Assembly (NCBI GenBank): GCA_965649765.1 | Contig: OZ287751.1 | Coordinates: 22,754,001 to 22,818,000, forward strand | DNA: 64,000 bases | Source: Bispira polyomma | Taxonomy: Eukaryota | Direction: 5' to 3' | Notes under the pieces: model-generated | Databases searched by the model: none | What the model was told of the DNA's origin: nothing | The model's input: only the letters and a program-made list of their open reading frames with translations | In this document: positions 37,804 to 52,383 of the stretch, piece after piece | Numbering within the stretch: the stretch's first letter is position 1 | How the letters are laid out: each line of letters opens with the position of its first letter | Position numbers and translations under genes: made by a program

Positions 37804-40729
37804 ACTAGACAAAGTTAAGTTGTGACGTTTCGGAACTTCATTGAGGATTTTATTTTCACAAGTTAGAAAGTAGAAATAAAACAGGTACAAATAAAATGTA
37901 GAATAGCAGTAAAAATTTTAAAAATGTACTCATAAACCAAGAGTTAGAAATAACATGATACCCATTTACTAGGCAATTAATACATCATAAATAACCATTT
38001 TTTAACATTTTGGGTTCCCCTATCGTGTAAATTACACAATTATCATACACGTAATATATCATACGGTATGGTTTTTCGTCCAAGTTGAATAATTACTATA
38101 CATGGAGCTTAGCTCGTGATATTGGCGACTGCTCTGGGGTGTCAAGCTCCGTTGAAGTTGGTCTATCCTACTGTACTTACTGTAGGTGTTAACTAACAGA
38201 CCTAGTGACTTAAGATAAAGTGTTTACTAATTCCTTACATAATAATTTAAAGTTGATATCAAATTCTACTAGGGCCATATGATAGGCCACTGCCCCTGTT
38301 TTAAGCAATATGACGACTAGTATCTCTTTTGGAAACCTCTATGAGATATCAATGCAATGCATAACCTTTCTATTAAAGCAATCAGTTGGTGTACTTTGTT
38401 TTTCCACCAATAACTGTTGCTTTGAATCATTTAACATACTCAATTTGTGACCTGAAATCAGTGGATGGACAGAAGAGGAGAGGTTGGGTGTAACCGAAAT
38501 GTTTAGGGTTGTAAGAATCTTATGTTGGATTAAATTAACAGAGTTATGCAAATGAAAAAATATCCTCTTTTTTTGGTAATGACCTTCTCTTCGCTCCCGG
38601 ACCTTCCCTTTTTGGATATCAGAGCCCTATAGGTTGTTCTCACCAATTTGGCGCTCTATAAATGCTTCAGTTACTATTATAAACCCACAGTAAATTATTA
38701 AAACCATGTTAAATTCATATACAATGTTTGTTTGTGTGAAAATATCCACAACTAATTCCTGAATATCGTTAGTTTGTTTTTACTATATTTATTTTGCCCT
38801 GATTATTAATTAGCAGCCAAGTACCCATTAATACACCTGGATAGAGAGTGACAATTTTGTGTGCGAAATGATCGATTTTTAGGGTCAGACATTTTGCAAA
38901 TTGCCTACATTATTGATTGCAAAGAATTGCTTTAGGATAAAGTTTATTTTCACACATACAAATAGTTATAAAAAATGAAAAATACCACTGGAAGGTGAAG
39001 GATCACTAAACTAGTTTCCTTTTATAAACACTCATACTTCATCCGATTATAATTATAAGTACTAAAAGATAGGATCCTTATTTACTAAGATATCAAGCCA
39101 GGTCTTAGGCTTAACTCTAAAGGCACACAAGTCACAGTCGTCAATAGTTTTGCTCTCAGTGTGCTGCTGTTTAACTCTCGTATATATTATTAAAATGTAT
39201 CAGACTTAAACTACGCCTATCTTACACATAAGACTTTTGTTTTAACTAAGTTTTTGGACTTATTGATTGAATATCTTTATTTCAGACATACATGATGGTC
39301 CATATGACAAAAGAAAGATACAGATATATAGTATGTACATAAATATGCACAACTATGTAAGTTGGTTAGGTATATGCATTATATTGTGCATGTATTAAAA
39401 ACGAAGTTTTTATAAACATGGTAAATTTTTCGCATATGTGGAAGACAATTAAGTATAAAAGTATTAAAGTATATGAGTGCTCTGGGATAAGGTATTATTG
39501 TTTATTATAAATAATAAACTCAAGCATTGGTCTTATACCTTAAACGAGAGTTCAAAGAAAGTACGCTGCGTACAAGTCCATTGGTGAATACAAGCCCAGG
39601 TGTATAAACCTGTACACAACAATAATAATACCAAAGAACTGTCTATTTTATTTGGTATCATTTTACGATAGCCTTGGAAACAACAACAGTGGATACAAAG
39701 GCTTTACACCAGCAAAGAAACCCATACAGGAGCCATTTTTTTCTTAGCTTTATGATCCCTGGGGACAAACTCCCCACCTTTAAGAAGCTGGGGTGAGGTG
39801 GTGGGATTCTCTAGAAGCCTTGTATGTGTGTCTATGCAGTGCCACATAAAAAGCTATTGTCTGTATTAATTTGGTGCCATTTCCCTCCATTTTAGCCCCA
39901 TCCTTTCATACCCAGACAGGTTGTTTTTCTCAGTGAGCTTCTCTTTGTTGCCATTTGATCTGATGTTAGTCATTAGGAAACTGGCAAATTACTAAATTAC
40001 TGGTTATTTTTAAGGTCTCTGTCATATTTGGAACTCGGCTCCTTTCGCTACCATTGTAATTGCGACAACCATTTTTATGACCATTTTTGTCACGAGTTCC
40101 ACTTTTTACTTTTCGGTACATCAAAAAGGTGTTCAACTTATTTTAAACATGTACATTTTATATCAAGATATATGAATATTTTAAAAATAGTATTATTAGT
40201 CTGTGTTATTCTTCTTATTCATGCTCTGGATCATAAAAAGACTACGTAAGGTGTAGAACAAAATAAGCATCTTATTGAAGATGAATTTTATGTAATAAGT
40301 GTCTTGTGGTTTGTACATGGATCTACTTGCAAAGTATATCCCCTTTTGCAGAAAATTGTAATCTTGATTGATTTTATTTCTCTAATGTGCAAGAGGCCTA
40401 TGACCTAAATGCAAATATACATATTCTGTTCGGTTTATGCTTTGGGGCCATAATCACAAACATTCTTAAAATGCAATTCTTTGGGTTTTCTTTGGCCCAC
40501 TCAATCAAATTGTTTGGAAAGATTATTTTAGCCAATCATATTTGTTAAAATAAGAAATCTAAGTTTAAGAATCCTAGTAAATACCAGCCCTAGATTTCAA
40601 AATGCTACTTAACCTTTTCTTGACTATCCAAGTACAGCCAACCAGCATCAGTTATTGTACGTACCTCACAGGCTTAAAGATAACACCATTTATCAATGTA
40701 CCCAAGGTTATTTGACATGTCAATAACCA

Positions 40730-40860
40730 TTATTTGTAAATTGGGGATGATCCAAAACACTACATATCTGCCTATACCTGGTTGTCCCCAGACTGGGATA
40801 ACGCCCATGTCGGTTATATTTCCTAAAGCAAGTGCATTACCCACTAGATCACAGTGACAG
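40730..40860 (-). mobile_element. Degenerate tRNA-derived SINE head
   Basis: Homologous to 94-190. Confidence 0.5.
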
Positions 40861-40914
40861 ATATATGCACATACACTGGAGCTGTTTTAATATGTTGAGG
40901 TGAACTATTCCATA

Positions 40915-41090
40915 GGGTAGGAGCATTATTTACAGGTTCGAATCTGGGCCCAGGTCTTGAGTTGGCGGTTATTGGTCGATGGTCGGTGGTTTCCAGTGCT
41001 TAACCAATTAGTATGCACTGCTCTCCCCCACCCATCGTCATATTACCTATACAATGTGTTGTAAGAGACGTTGAACCTAAATCAAATCAT
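40915..41090 (+). mobile_element. tRNA-derived SINE
   Basis: B-box GGTTCGAATC, GGTCGGTGGTTTCCAG and tail ACCTATACAATGTGTTGTAAGAGACGTTGAACC. Confidence 0.55.
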
Positions 41091-41679
41091 ATTAAAGTGA
41101 ACCTTTGACGTGTGTACTTTAGACATATATTTAGGAACAAGACTAAAATGATGTATTAGCATTACACTTGTAGTTGCACAAATATATACATATTAGTAGT
41201 ATACATATTTCTGATGATAGAACCTACAGTGACACTAGTGACCACATTAGTGCTGACCAAACTTGCGGTTACAAAAATGAGTTTCTTTCTAACCTTGTAA
41301 CGTACCATTACTTACTCTTTGGAACAACAATAATTCACTGAAATTATTAGCTAAAATGAGATCAGCATAGACTGTATGAATTTAAGACCTCAGAAAAGTA
41401 AATAAATGAACATATCTAATATCACTAATGGTGGACACATCCTGGCTTTTACAAGGCAATAAGTACTGTTTCCACATACACGCGTGTGCATCATACGAAC
41501 TAAGACACTTTTTCAGACACTGAAAGGCATACCTTTCTTATTTGTATTCCAAATTTTGGATACCACTAATTTTAAGCAATTTCTGCTGTCCGTATCCAGA
41601 GCAATTTTTGACAGATATGCATGATATACACGGATGTGTGGATTTTGAATTGAATTTGGATATTTAATGTCCAGTCTAG

Positions 41680-41898
41680 TACCTGTTTAGGTTATATTGG
41701 GACGGGGAGTTGGAAACACTGGAGGAAACACTGCATACAGTTGATCAAGGTTCTGTACTGAAACCAGCGGCCCACAGTAAGGAACTACCACCTTTCCCAC
41801 ATAGGCATCGACAGGATTCGAACTCACGTCGCCCAGAGGTGAGAGACCAGTGATTGTGAAGCGCAATGCTTGCTAACCACTAGGCCACCCCGGCCCCC
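41680..41898 (-). mobile_element. tRNA-derived SINE (best-preserved copy)
   Basis: Minus strand GGGGCCGGGGTGGCCTAGTGGTTAG (A-box) and GTTCGAATCC (B-box); near copy at 47428-47635. Confidence 0.85.
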
Positions 41899-43429
41899 TC
41901 ACACCTCTCAGTTCAGCAGCTACATTAGGGCTACCTTTTGAAACGTCAATCAAAGTGAAAATTCCTTTTGATTCCTTCAAAAGTTGCCACAGAAGTTTTG
42001 AAATTTTCTAAAGTACTGTCATACAAATTCCTGTCGTGGCTGTTTTTTACAATAAAAAAAAACCTGTTTTATGACTTAGATCTGCCCTTTTGTGGCGTAA
42101 TTACCACTTTCTCTCTGCAAATGTTGAACTAATATTTACATTGGAAGCTAATTGTGACGCTTACATCCATCGAATTACGTGTATGAGAGGTTGTGTGACA
42201 TAGTATGACGAATTTGGAAAGATATTTGGAAATATAGAACAGTTTTTGATGAAGCCAAAGAAAGCAAATGATATCATAATCACTATATCAACACGTTTTC
42301 CCTATGATTCCGAGTGCCGGGGCATACCAGGAGCGAAAATTTTCACCTATAAAGATGACGTGAAGGGATGGCTTTTGACTGTATGTATGGAAACAGGTCA
42401 ATAAGCATCAGTTATATTATTGGATTGTTGGGTGTTTTTGATCATCTACCTTCACAGAAAGAGAGAGTGTCCTAAATGCACAGACCAGTAATATAATTGT
42501 CAACACGGTGGCTTTTAATGCATTAGGTGTAACAAAAAACAGGAGAGGGGCATGCTATAATTAGTGGCTCTATGTGTGTTTCATGTTGACAAAACAACAT
42601 GTAAAGACATGTAAAGAGTTATTATTATTAGCCTCCCCCCTCTACAAATCATATATCAATCATAGCTTGACATTTAAGTAAAGATGAAAACAGCTATGAA
42701 CTATGTTTTTTTGAAAATAAATAAAACATATAGAACTAGATAATTGCCTTTTAAATCTTAATATTACAGGAAGGCCCTTAAACAAATAGCTTTTAAATAT
42801 TTATCTTGGTGAATTACCTTTTGGAATTCATTTGAAATTATTCAGTCGTTATTCTCCTTTTATGTCTGTTTGTATTTGCAAGGTTATAATTGTTTACTAT
42901 TTTCATGAATTTTATGCCGTGGTCACACTGAGCATGTTTCGATTTCGTTTAAATTTCGCAAACATGAGGAAACGCTAGTAAACAAATTGAAAATAGTGAG
43001 CGTAAGCCCAAAATTATGAGCAAGACGCTTCTGTTACGCATTAGCTATGTTTAATTTGTTTTACTCCTGCTCCATCCGCATATTGTCACGCATAGAATGT
43101 CTCTTTTAGCTGCCGCTTTAATTACACTTGTGACACTTGGCACGTTCTTTCTTATGTCTGAAAATTTTTCACACATTCTGGTCACGTATCCCTCTACGCT
43201 TCGATTGGGCTTACCTCGTTTTGGATGTGCTTATTACGCTTCAGCCGCTTTCCTCACATTCCAAGCATGCTCCAATTCCGCCGTCCCTCACGTTTCCACT
43301 TTGTTTGTTGCGTTTTGCATGCATTGAATACGTCTGGGATCTTTCCCTGATGCAAGGTACGTTTTTGCAGCCGTTTCTGAGGGGTATGTGTAGGAGGCGA
43401 TCGTACATAACTTTGTATTTGAGAAATTA

Positions 43430-44351
43430 TATGTAATGCAACAGGCTATGATGGTTCAAGTACAAGCAATGTGGGACATTTTTAATGCCACGCAATATAT
43501 ATATTTCGAACATGTAGGTATGGTCAAAAGAAAAAGGCCGAGACAGGTGTGGACCAGACCCTGGATCCTTGAGCACTGTTTGCATTCTATGAGCACCTAT
43601 TGCTGGAGTTTGAGGCTGAGGACCCTGCCAGTTATAGGAATTTTACCAGGATTGATCCTGTCCTCTTCCGAGAAATGGTCATACTCCTGGAACCAAGACT
43701 AAAAAAGGAACGGGTCAAGTTTAGGGCTCCTCTAGAACCAGGTTGAAACTTTTCCCATTGTATTGGTGCCATAGATGGATAACAAGTTGCCTTATTGAAG
43801 TCCCCTCAGAGTGGATCACAGTTCTTCAACTACAAGATGTTCACTTCTTTTGTACTTTTGGCTGTTAGTCCTATGCCCGGTGATGATCAGCCCAAGCCCT
43901 ATTTTTTATCAGGAATCAAGATACATGATGAAACCGTATGGACACAGGGCACTATCTTATGAAGAGAAGATTTTCAACTATCCCATGTCCCACGCAAGGA
44001 GAGTTGTTTAAAAATGCTTTTGGGCTCCTCGACAATGGATTCCTTCCGGTGCCTTACTGGGAAGTTACGACATGGTCCAGAAGTAGCCACTCTCACCACA
44101 GTCTGCTACATATTGCACAACATTTGCAAACTGAGGTAATCCAAGGGCCAAACCCAGAAATGTTTGACCAAGAAGATGCACGGTACAATCTACCACCAGG
44201 GGATTGGAGAAATGGGGCAGCATTGCAAGATATGGAGGAAATAATAGTTAGAAACACGACAAATAAACAGGCCAAGGCTCAATGGGCCTTACTGAAGTAG
44301 TACTACAACAGCCCAATAGGTGCTGTTTCCTGGCAAGACAGAATGATTTAA
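43430..44351 (+). pseudogene. Harbinger (HARBI1-like DDE) transposase pseudogene
   Basis: Fragments RQVWTRPWI, EDPASYRNFTRID, NFSHCIGAIDG, SGSQFFNYK, MKPY..IFNYPMSHARRVV, NAFGLL and C-terminal GAVSWQDRMI*. Confidence 0.88.
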
Positions 44352-44360
44352 TGTATATAA

Positions 44361-44675
44361 TTTATCTCAACCACCATCAACTGGGTTCAAACCCAGGTGC
44401 AAAGAACTAGTCAGTTGACTTTCAAAACTTCCAAGTGTCCATTTGTGTAAAGCACCACCAATTGGGTTCAAACCCAAAAGCTAAGAACTAGTTTGACTTT
44501 CAAAACTTTCAAATGGACATTTATCTCAACCACCATCAACTGGGTTCAAACCCAGGAGCAAAGAACTAGTCATTTGACTTTCAAAACTTCCAAGTGTCTA
44601 TTTGTATAAAGTACCACCAACTGCTACTACTGGATTCATACCCAAGACTAAATAACTAGCGCTTTGATTTGCAAA
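44361..44675. repeat. ~80-bp tandem repeat x4 arranged as a ~159-bp dimer
   Basis: TTTATCTCAACCACCATCAACTGGGTTCAAACCCAGG at 44361 and 44520, alternating with a variant unit. Confidence 0.85.
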
Positions 44676-44760
44676 GGTAAAATTTTACTAAAAAGAGGAG
44701 ATGAAAGAACACAAGTAACTGAAATCAAAAATACTTTTATTTTAATTTGTAACAAAACTA

Positions 44761-45025
44761 AGTACATCACAATAACATCACCGATACAAACAGGTGCTAC
44801 TCTGGCTACTGTAAGAAAGTACATCACAAGTACATCGCCAATACATTACAAGTGCTACTCTGGATACTGTAAAGAAGTACATCACAAGTATACCACAAAT
44901 ACATTACAAGTGCTACTCTGGATACTTTAACAATGTACAGCACAAGTACATCACCAATACATTACAACTGCTACTCTGGATACTGTAAAAAATTACAGCA
45001 CATTTAAATAACCAATACATTACAA
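44761..45025. repeat. 58-bp tandem repeat, ~4.5 copies
   Basis: TGCTACTCTGG at 44795, 44853, 44911 and 44969. Confidence 0.9.
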
Positions 45026-47427
45026 ACTTTCATCTTTTCTAGAAAAGTTCTGCCATGTCCATCCCCTTTTGGGGTTTATCCGGAGCACATATAATTCCAT
45101 CGCATTATTTGCAAAGCCTGGGCGTTTATTACAAAAATTACAGTACATAGGACAATTGAAAGTTGCTGGCCAGTGGTTTGCAATGCAGAAACTCAAGACA
45201 AACTACCATGGACTGTTTGCCTCCACCACTATACTGGTTCTTATAATATAAATATGTAATTGTTGAAAGTAGTACTCCCATTGAACAAAAATGGCTGCAA
45301 AATGCTATCATAAATTTACCGTATAGTTTCAATCCTATACATACTCAATATTCGTCGGATGTTGACGTTGAAAATGGCATGCGAAAGGTCATTTTATTGT
45401 GAATAAAAAATCAGTTGGGAAACGGCTCAGATATTTAACTTTATAGATGGGTACCCCACTTAACTTCCTCCTTATATTATAATTCATACGTCTCCTAACG
45501 TCATAATGACGTCAGTTTTGTAGCTACGTCACAGCTTATTCACGAGGAAGTAAAAATGGGTATAGTCATGCATCATATTTTCGACGCAATGGGGTTTTCG
45601 AGGTACTGTATTTATTTTGTACATATTTTAAGATAAACGTAATTTTTTTAACTACGTCGGAAACCCCGTTGACCATCATACCCTAACTTAACTGTATATA
45701 TCTCAGCCATTTCTCAATGAATTTTGGTGAAAAAGAGCACAGTAATCACTAAAAAATAAGCTTTCTCCTGCCATTTTTAAAGCCTGCCATTTTAAAAGAC
45801 GAATTTTGAGTGTACATTGGATGAAAGGAAGCACAAGGTCGCCCAACGCCGAATCGGATTGGACACTTTCAAATCTGCCGACATCTGATTGTGCTGAAAG
45901 GAAGCGTAGGCTAACTCGAACCATTATTTACTTATTGCTTATTCACTTAGAAACAAAAGTTTTCTAAAAATTTAAAAAAAAGTGCAAGCACAGCAAAAAG
46001 TAACTTCAAATGATTTCACCGCATGTTACCTTGTAATAGCATATGACGCGTTAAATGACGACATGAGTGAACGAAAGAAAAAAAATTGTGACATCACAAG
46101 CGAATCAAATAAAGTGAATGGTTTGATAAATGGGTTGAACGAAAAAGCATGCAGATTAAACATAATATCAAATGAGGTATGCGTACTGTACTTAATCAAA
46201 GCAGATCAAACGTAAAAATTGATTTTTGGCCAGAAACAGCTGGGGCAATGCACAATAAACAACCCATACCTAAATGAAACGTCTTGTAAACCCCACATAG
46301 ATATAATACGTCCAGGGCCGAACCGAATGTGGCAGAACCAACTGTAAGTTAGCTGAAAAAAGTCCTAAATAGGCCATGGCCGTTTCGAAACCGCCGAGCT
46401 ATTTTTAAACTTAGCAAAGGTTCTAAAACAGTTATTTCAAAACGGCAAGTGACAAAGGCAGTCTATTCCATAGAGCAGAATTGTGTTGTCTGAAAAACAC
46501 TAGAGGTGAAGATTTAGGTCATTGGGTAAAAAAAATTTAAACATGACACGACTGTGTCAAGGAAAAAGTAAAATTTACACAAAGACTAATTTTGTCTGGA
46601 GTGTACTTCAATAACCTGACTTTGCAATGGTAAATACTGCAGGAATAATGAATTATTTTAATTTGTCATGAATCGGAATAACACATTCTAATCCTATGAT
46701 ATACTGTAATTTGCCTCTGTGTTACTATGCTTCTAATTGTGGCAAAAAATACCGTATACCATGGTTTGTCGTGCGTTATTCCTTAAATTTATGTGGGACA
46801 GAGCCCTGAGTACATATAGTTAGGCTTTAGTGCACCGGGCAGGCCCCACTGATGACACCGGCATAACACACTTTGGGCATTTATTGCAAATCTACTTGTA
46901 ACATGCAACATCAAAAGGTTAAGCACATACTATGCATTTACATAAACATGAAAGAGTGACCCTGTCTAGGTTTTGGGTCACCCTATTTAAATTATATTTA
47001 GTCAAATTGAAAAGAGGGTGAAGTGACTTAAGGTCACCTTAAAAATAAAAAATTTAAGTGAGTAATTTATCAAAGCATTAATTTAAGTTTACCTTAAAGG
47101 GAACTAAAAGTAAGGGGACTTAAGGTCAACTTTACCTATGAGTTTAGGTTAAGCTTAATATGAATATAAAAGAACAAATTTAATATAAGGTTAACCTAAC
47201 TTTGAACCTTTGTAAGGTACACTTAAAGTTAAAGTTTAAAATATGTTTTATACTACATATTTTATACATATAAGGTTGACAAAAATGAGATATTTGTTTG
47301 AAAAATAAGATTGTATCTAAAACATACAAAAAGATGGCTACCAATGTATTATGTACACTGTTTGTTGTTTTTATTATGTTGAATTGTCACCAATTTGAAT
47401 TTGAATAGGGATAATTAACGTCCACTC

Positions 47428-47635
47428 TACCTGTTTAGGTTATATTGGGACAGGTAGTTGGAAACGCTAGAGGAAACATTGCATACAGTTGATCAAGGTT
47501 CTGCACTGAAGGAACTACCACCTTTCCCACATAGGCATCGACGGGAGTTGAACCAACAACAGCTGATCCTAGAGGTGAGAGACCAGTGTTTGTGAAGCGC
47601 AATGCTGGCTAACCACTAGGCCACCGCAGCCCCCC
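47428..47635 (-). mobile_element. tRNA-derived SINE
   Basis: High similarity to 41680-41898. Confidence 0.85.
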
Positions 47636-49864
47636 TGGATTGTCCCTATAGCACAGTATATCCTGTGAAGTCTTTTTTTCTAAAGGACATTGTTGACATA
47701 ACAAAGTAGTCTGTCTGTATTTAAAGTAGTCATTTTACAGAAGTACTGTTTTTTTATATTCAGTAGTGACATTTATTAAATGGAAGGCAGCTTATTTTCC
47801 ATTATCTTCTGGCTCTTATCAAAATAGCCGGTATAGTACTAATGTACACCTACAACAAGAAGTTAATAATGGCATCAGGATTAAACCGCCTTCCATGTAT
47901 AGACATAAAAGGTACGATACTTTAGAAATCAGGGCAACGGTGGTGTTGTGGTTATACACTCGCCCCTGCAGTCGTGAGTTCAAATCTCAACCCTGGGGGG
48001 TATGAGGGAAAGTTCACAGAAAACTTTGAAATTGTATGAAATTTTATGTTTGAATGGCGCATGGACCAAGAATGATTCCTTTAAATTTTGAGGGGTGGAT
48101 GGAGGTAGACAAGCAAATTGTCCTCACTTTTTGGAACTTTTCACATTTTGTGGACCCGGGATGGGGAGGTATGCTCTCTATTGGGTGTCCTTTTGGTTAT
48201 TGATGTTACCAAGGTGCTAAAGCCTATGACTGAGCGAATTCGGCCTCATGCGTCTATTTCTATTTCTATTTTTATTTATATGCAATGAAATCTCATGCAT
48301 CTATGTTGTGAAGCCAAACAAATTGGAATAAATCCAAGTATTAGGTAAACAGGGCGATACATGGATGAAGAAATGCAATTTCTATTTCTGTAGTCATTAT
48401 ATTGCATAAACCTGCCTAGCTATACAGTAACTACAAACATTTTTACATGTACCTTAACCCCTGGTCCTAATTAGATTACTAAAGAATTGGCTTACAATAT
48501 TTTTTTCAAAATCAAAGTTAAGCCACATGCTTCATTAGATGCTCCCTTTGAAGTTCGAATCCTTCTGCCCTGATTGGAGATTACTTGGCGAGGATAAAAA
48601 TAATGTTCTGTAGATTACATTCTAGTAGTTCGGACCACTACAGTTGGCTCACAAGTATAAACAGCCCTCCAAAACAAGGCTATTTTATGTAACCATCAAA
48701 GTCACCATATATCCACTTGGGTGAAAAAACTTAATGTCTTTTAATAACAAAGCATTCATGACTTGTTTTCCCCTTCTTGGTGCCTTGTATGAGGTAAGCA
48801 CTCTACTTAGTTTCCATTTTTAAATTTTGGTTATGAAATATAAAACAAATATTTTTAATTTTTACTGATAAATAATGTTATACAGCACAAGGTGTATCAG
48901 CTAAAATAGCTCAAATTAATTCCCCATTGAACATGTTCTACATATATAAAAACAGTATTAAAGAAAAGAACAGGCCCAGAAAGTGAATTGAATTGGGTCC
49001 CTATGCCAACTAAGTTGAGAAGGCAGGACTTGCCTTGAGGTAACGCCATGCTGTTTTAAGCTGGCAATCTAAGACTGTTCATATCAAACCCCACCCCATA
49101 TAACTAAGCCTTGGAAATGGCCAGATCAGTCCGCCTTTAGACCCAGCCCGAGTCTGAAATATAGCCATCAATCTATCTCTAGTAGGATTTAGATCGTGTT
49201 TATTGGCAATCATCAAAGGCTACGCATATACTAACACCTAATGCAATGTTGTTTTTGACTTCTCAATACTTTATTCAGTCTTCCATTCATATTTAGGAAA
49301 AAGCTTAAAACCTATCTTTTTAACCCTGGCCTTCTCATCCTGTACACCCCCCACATCCTTCCTTTTGACCTTGTTCCGGGATCACACAATTGGATGACTG
49401 ATTCTCATGTTGCGCTTTAAAAGATGCCTAGCATCAATAAAGTGTGTTAAATTTGTATAACAACAATAATAATTTCTTGGCCTATGTTCTTATGTTCACA
49501 ATTTGCAGAAACCGATGCCCAATTTGCAAGCGTGAAAACTAGAATTATTTTAGTTCTTATATAACGGCACTGGAAACTGTACAGAAAATCAACATGTCTA
49601 AACACCTGACATGCTTCCTTTCCAGTCCTAGTGTGATTTTCTTTCCACAAACGTTGGATGTCGCAAATCTTATCAGTATGATTTAAGCGTAGTAGCAAAA
49701 ACTGGTAAACCAAAACACAATCATTCAACTGCATGTTTGCTGTTTCCCCAATACATAATTAGCGTATCAGTAAAGAACTAATAATAATTATCATTTTTCA
49801 ATAATTATCATTTGATATAGCACAGTTATGAACATCACTCTTATCTAATGCACTTTGGCATTAT

Positions 49865-50105
49865 TACACTAGCCTGGGTTTGTCACTTGTCAACCAATTG
49901 TTTAGTTTCAGCTCCCTCAGAATAAACACTGGCCATGCACATCAAAGACTTACACCAATTAGCGGCCCGGTACCCATTTTATACATTTGTGTGAGCACCT
50001 TGTCCAAGGATATAATCACCAGACAAGCAGCAAGTATCGAACCAGGAACCTCAGATCTTTCATATTCAAAGTCAGACACTCCAACCACTAGACCACAGAG
50101 ACCAC
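49865..50105 (-). mobile_element. tRNA-derived SINE with CORE-like domain
   Basis: Minus-strand A-box TGGTCTAGTGG and B-box GGTTCGATACT; homologous to 16750-16975. Confidence 0.7.
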
Positions 50106-51345
50106 ATTGCAGTACCTAATTTATCCTTACTTTTTCATACTCTCATGCCAATTTATCATTATTTATAAACGTTGCAAGTTTGAATTGCTCGTGACAGTTA
50201 CTGGTGCCGGTGGTGATAAGTAGCACTTTAAATACCACATGAAAGATAGGTATAAATAAGTGTGTTCATTATAACTTTCAATACGATACACAATTGATAA
50301 AGATATTCAGGTAAACATACAAACATGTATACGAGAGACTGGAACCCAGGTCAATCCACCTGTGTAAATCCAGACAGGTTGATTATTCTATGAAATCATA
50401 CAAATTTATGTTCTTTGTTCAACTACTAAGCCATTCTAATAACAAAAAAAAGGAAAAATGAAAACTCTATATCAATTTTATTAAAGTAAATATACATCTG
50501 AAGCCTTATTAAGTGGGTAAGCTAAAAAATCAGCTAGAACATCATTTTTGATCAGAAAAGGCTACTTATTTTTGCTCTAGTCCTTTTTTTTTTTTGTCCC
50601 TGATTATTTAAACCACAGGAAACTTAGTTTCTACATGATGTTCTTGTCATAGAGATAAGTAAAGGCTTCCTTTTTGGGAGATGCTATTTCATACTTTATT
50701 GTACCTGCACTAATGTGGATGGCTTGTCTGGTAACTATTTGTTTTTAAACATAATGGCTTTGTCAGGCTAATATGATAAGAATTGTCAGGCTAATATGAA
50801 TTATTCTGTTTATATATTATAACAAAAACACAAAAAGGGGTAGAGGAGTAATTTAACAAGTAGAGCAAACTATAACCTGGTAGGTTTTACCTAGATAGAA
50901 GAGTGAATTATCCTAGATAGAATAGTGAATTATCCGTAAATGTTGACATGGAATCTTTGGCGGCGATATGTTCTCTTCTAGGTGCCCTTTCAGCTAAATC
51001 ATTACTTTATATATGACATAGTATTTCCCATAGTCTAATATTTAAATAAGACATAAGACATAAACAATTAGGTTACCTTTTACATGAGTTTAATGGTGGG
51101 AGTATGCGCCCTTTTGAGTGTCCCTTTCACATAAATGCCTAATTTATACATCACACAATATCCCCCTTAGTCTCCAATTTAAATAATTTAGTTGATTTTT
51201 TCTGCACTGAATATACACACAGGTTTTTTAACTGAAGACAAAGCCTTGGGAATGAACATTTATCATTAATTGCTAAAATGTATGTAAAGTTACAAAAGTC
51301 AAGTTGACAAATTCTTTGGGTGAAATATCAAACGGTCAAGTTTAA

Positions 51346-52383
51346 GATCCAGTCACTCAGCGCCTATGACCAGTTAGAGAGCTGCTGCGACCTTAAAATC
51401 AGAGAAAAACCACCGATCACTAACGATTCCCTGGATCTTTGCAAGACATCTTGATAGCAGTCACACATATATTTAGCTTTTTGGGGGTTGGCCACCTTTT
51501 GCCTACCACTGTTACGATGGCCAACTTTCGATCCACTGAGGCTCTGTGGAGCTTGTAGCAATCATGTGGGATCTGTAGGGACTGGTTGTGCGATATCAAA
51601 GACTATTCGCCGATTGTCGCAGGGTGGTCCCGACTGGTGGCACGTCCATCGCAGACCCCTCGGCGATAGGTGGTGAGACCACTCAGGGATTGATGGCAGA
51701 CTGGTGGTAGACTAAACAGAAATCAGTGAATAGTGGTCGGTGACTTTTTATTGAGACTATCAAAGACTACTCGCCGATTGTCGTAGGGTGGTCCCGACTG
51801 GTGGCACGTCCATCGCAGACCCCTCGGCGATAGGTAGTGAGACCACTCAGGGATTGATGGCAGACTGGTGGTAGACTAAACAGAAATCAGTGAATAGTGG
51901 TCGGTGACTTTTTATTGATGTTTGATATGTTGGCGACAGGTGGTGAGATCTCTCGGGGATTGTTTGTACAACTGATTACAGATTAGTCACCGCCCTAATG
52001 GGATTACTAAAGATTGATTTTAAGATCAACAAGTGATCTTCAGACTTGTCGAAGACAGATGTCAGATAGGTTCCCGATTAAAAATATCAAAGACCTGTTA
52101 AAGACAAACTAAAACCTCTGAGGAGTTGCGGTACGAATGTGGCATGCTCTAAAGAACCAGTCGCAGATCAGTGGGAGATCAATCAAAGACCTCCAGCAAC
52201 TTGTAATTCAGGTAGCCTCTCTACGAACAAAACCATTATAAGATCTTCAAGGATCTAGCGGAACCTCTAGTAATCTCTAAGGATCAAACGCACGAGTAGC
52301 TCACCAGAGAATTCTAGTATCCTAACACAATTTTAAGGTCGCAGCAGCTCTCTAGCTGGTCATAAGCACTGTGTGACTGGGGC
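51346..52383. mobile_element. Harbinger-like MITE with ~55-bp TIRs and an internal 164-bp duplication
   Basis: CCAGTCACTCAGCGCCTATGACCAGTTAGAGAGCTGCTGCGACCTTAAAAT and its reverse complement at 52330-52383; a related remnant starts at ~52538. Confidence 0.85.

Larger units (their letters stand above)
42916..46330 (+). mobile_element. PIF/Harbinger DNA transposon, internally deleted (right end approximate)
   Basis: Left TIR GCCGTGGTCACACTG followed by a transposase remnant; right TIR not clearly preserved. Confidence 0.6.

Noticed and set aside
41680-41898. tRNA gene
   Set aside because: A and B boxes are present but there is no full cloverleaf, and it continues into a body shared with dispersed copies, so it is a SINE.
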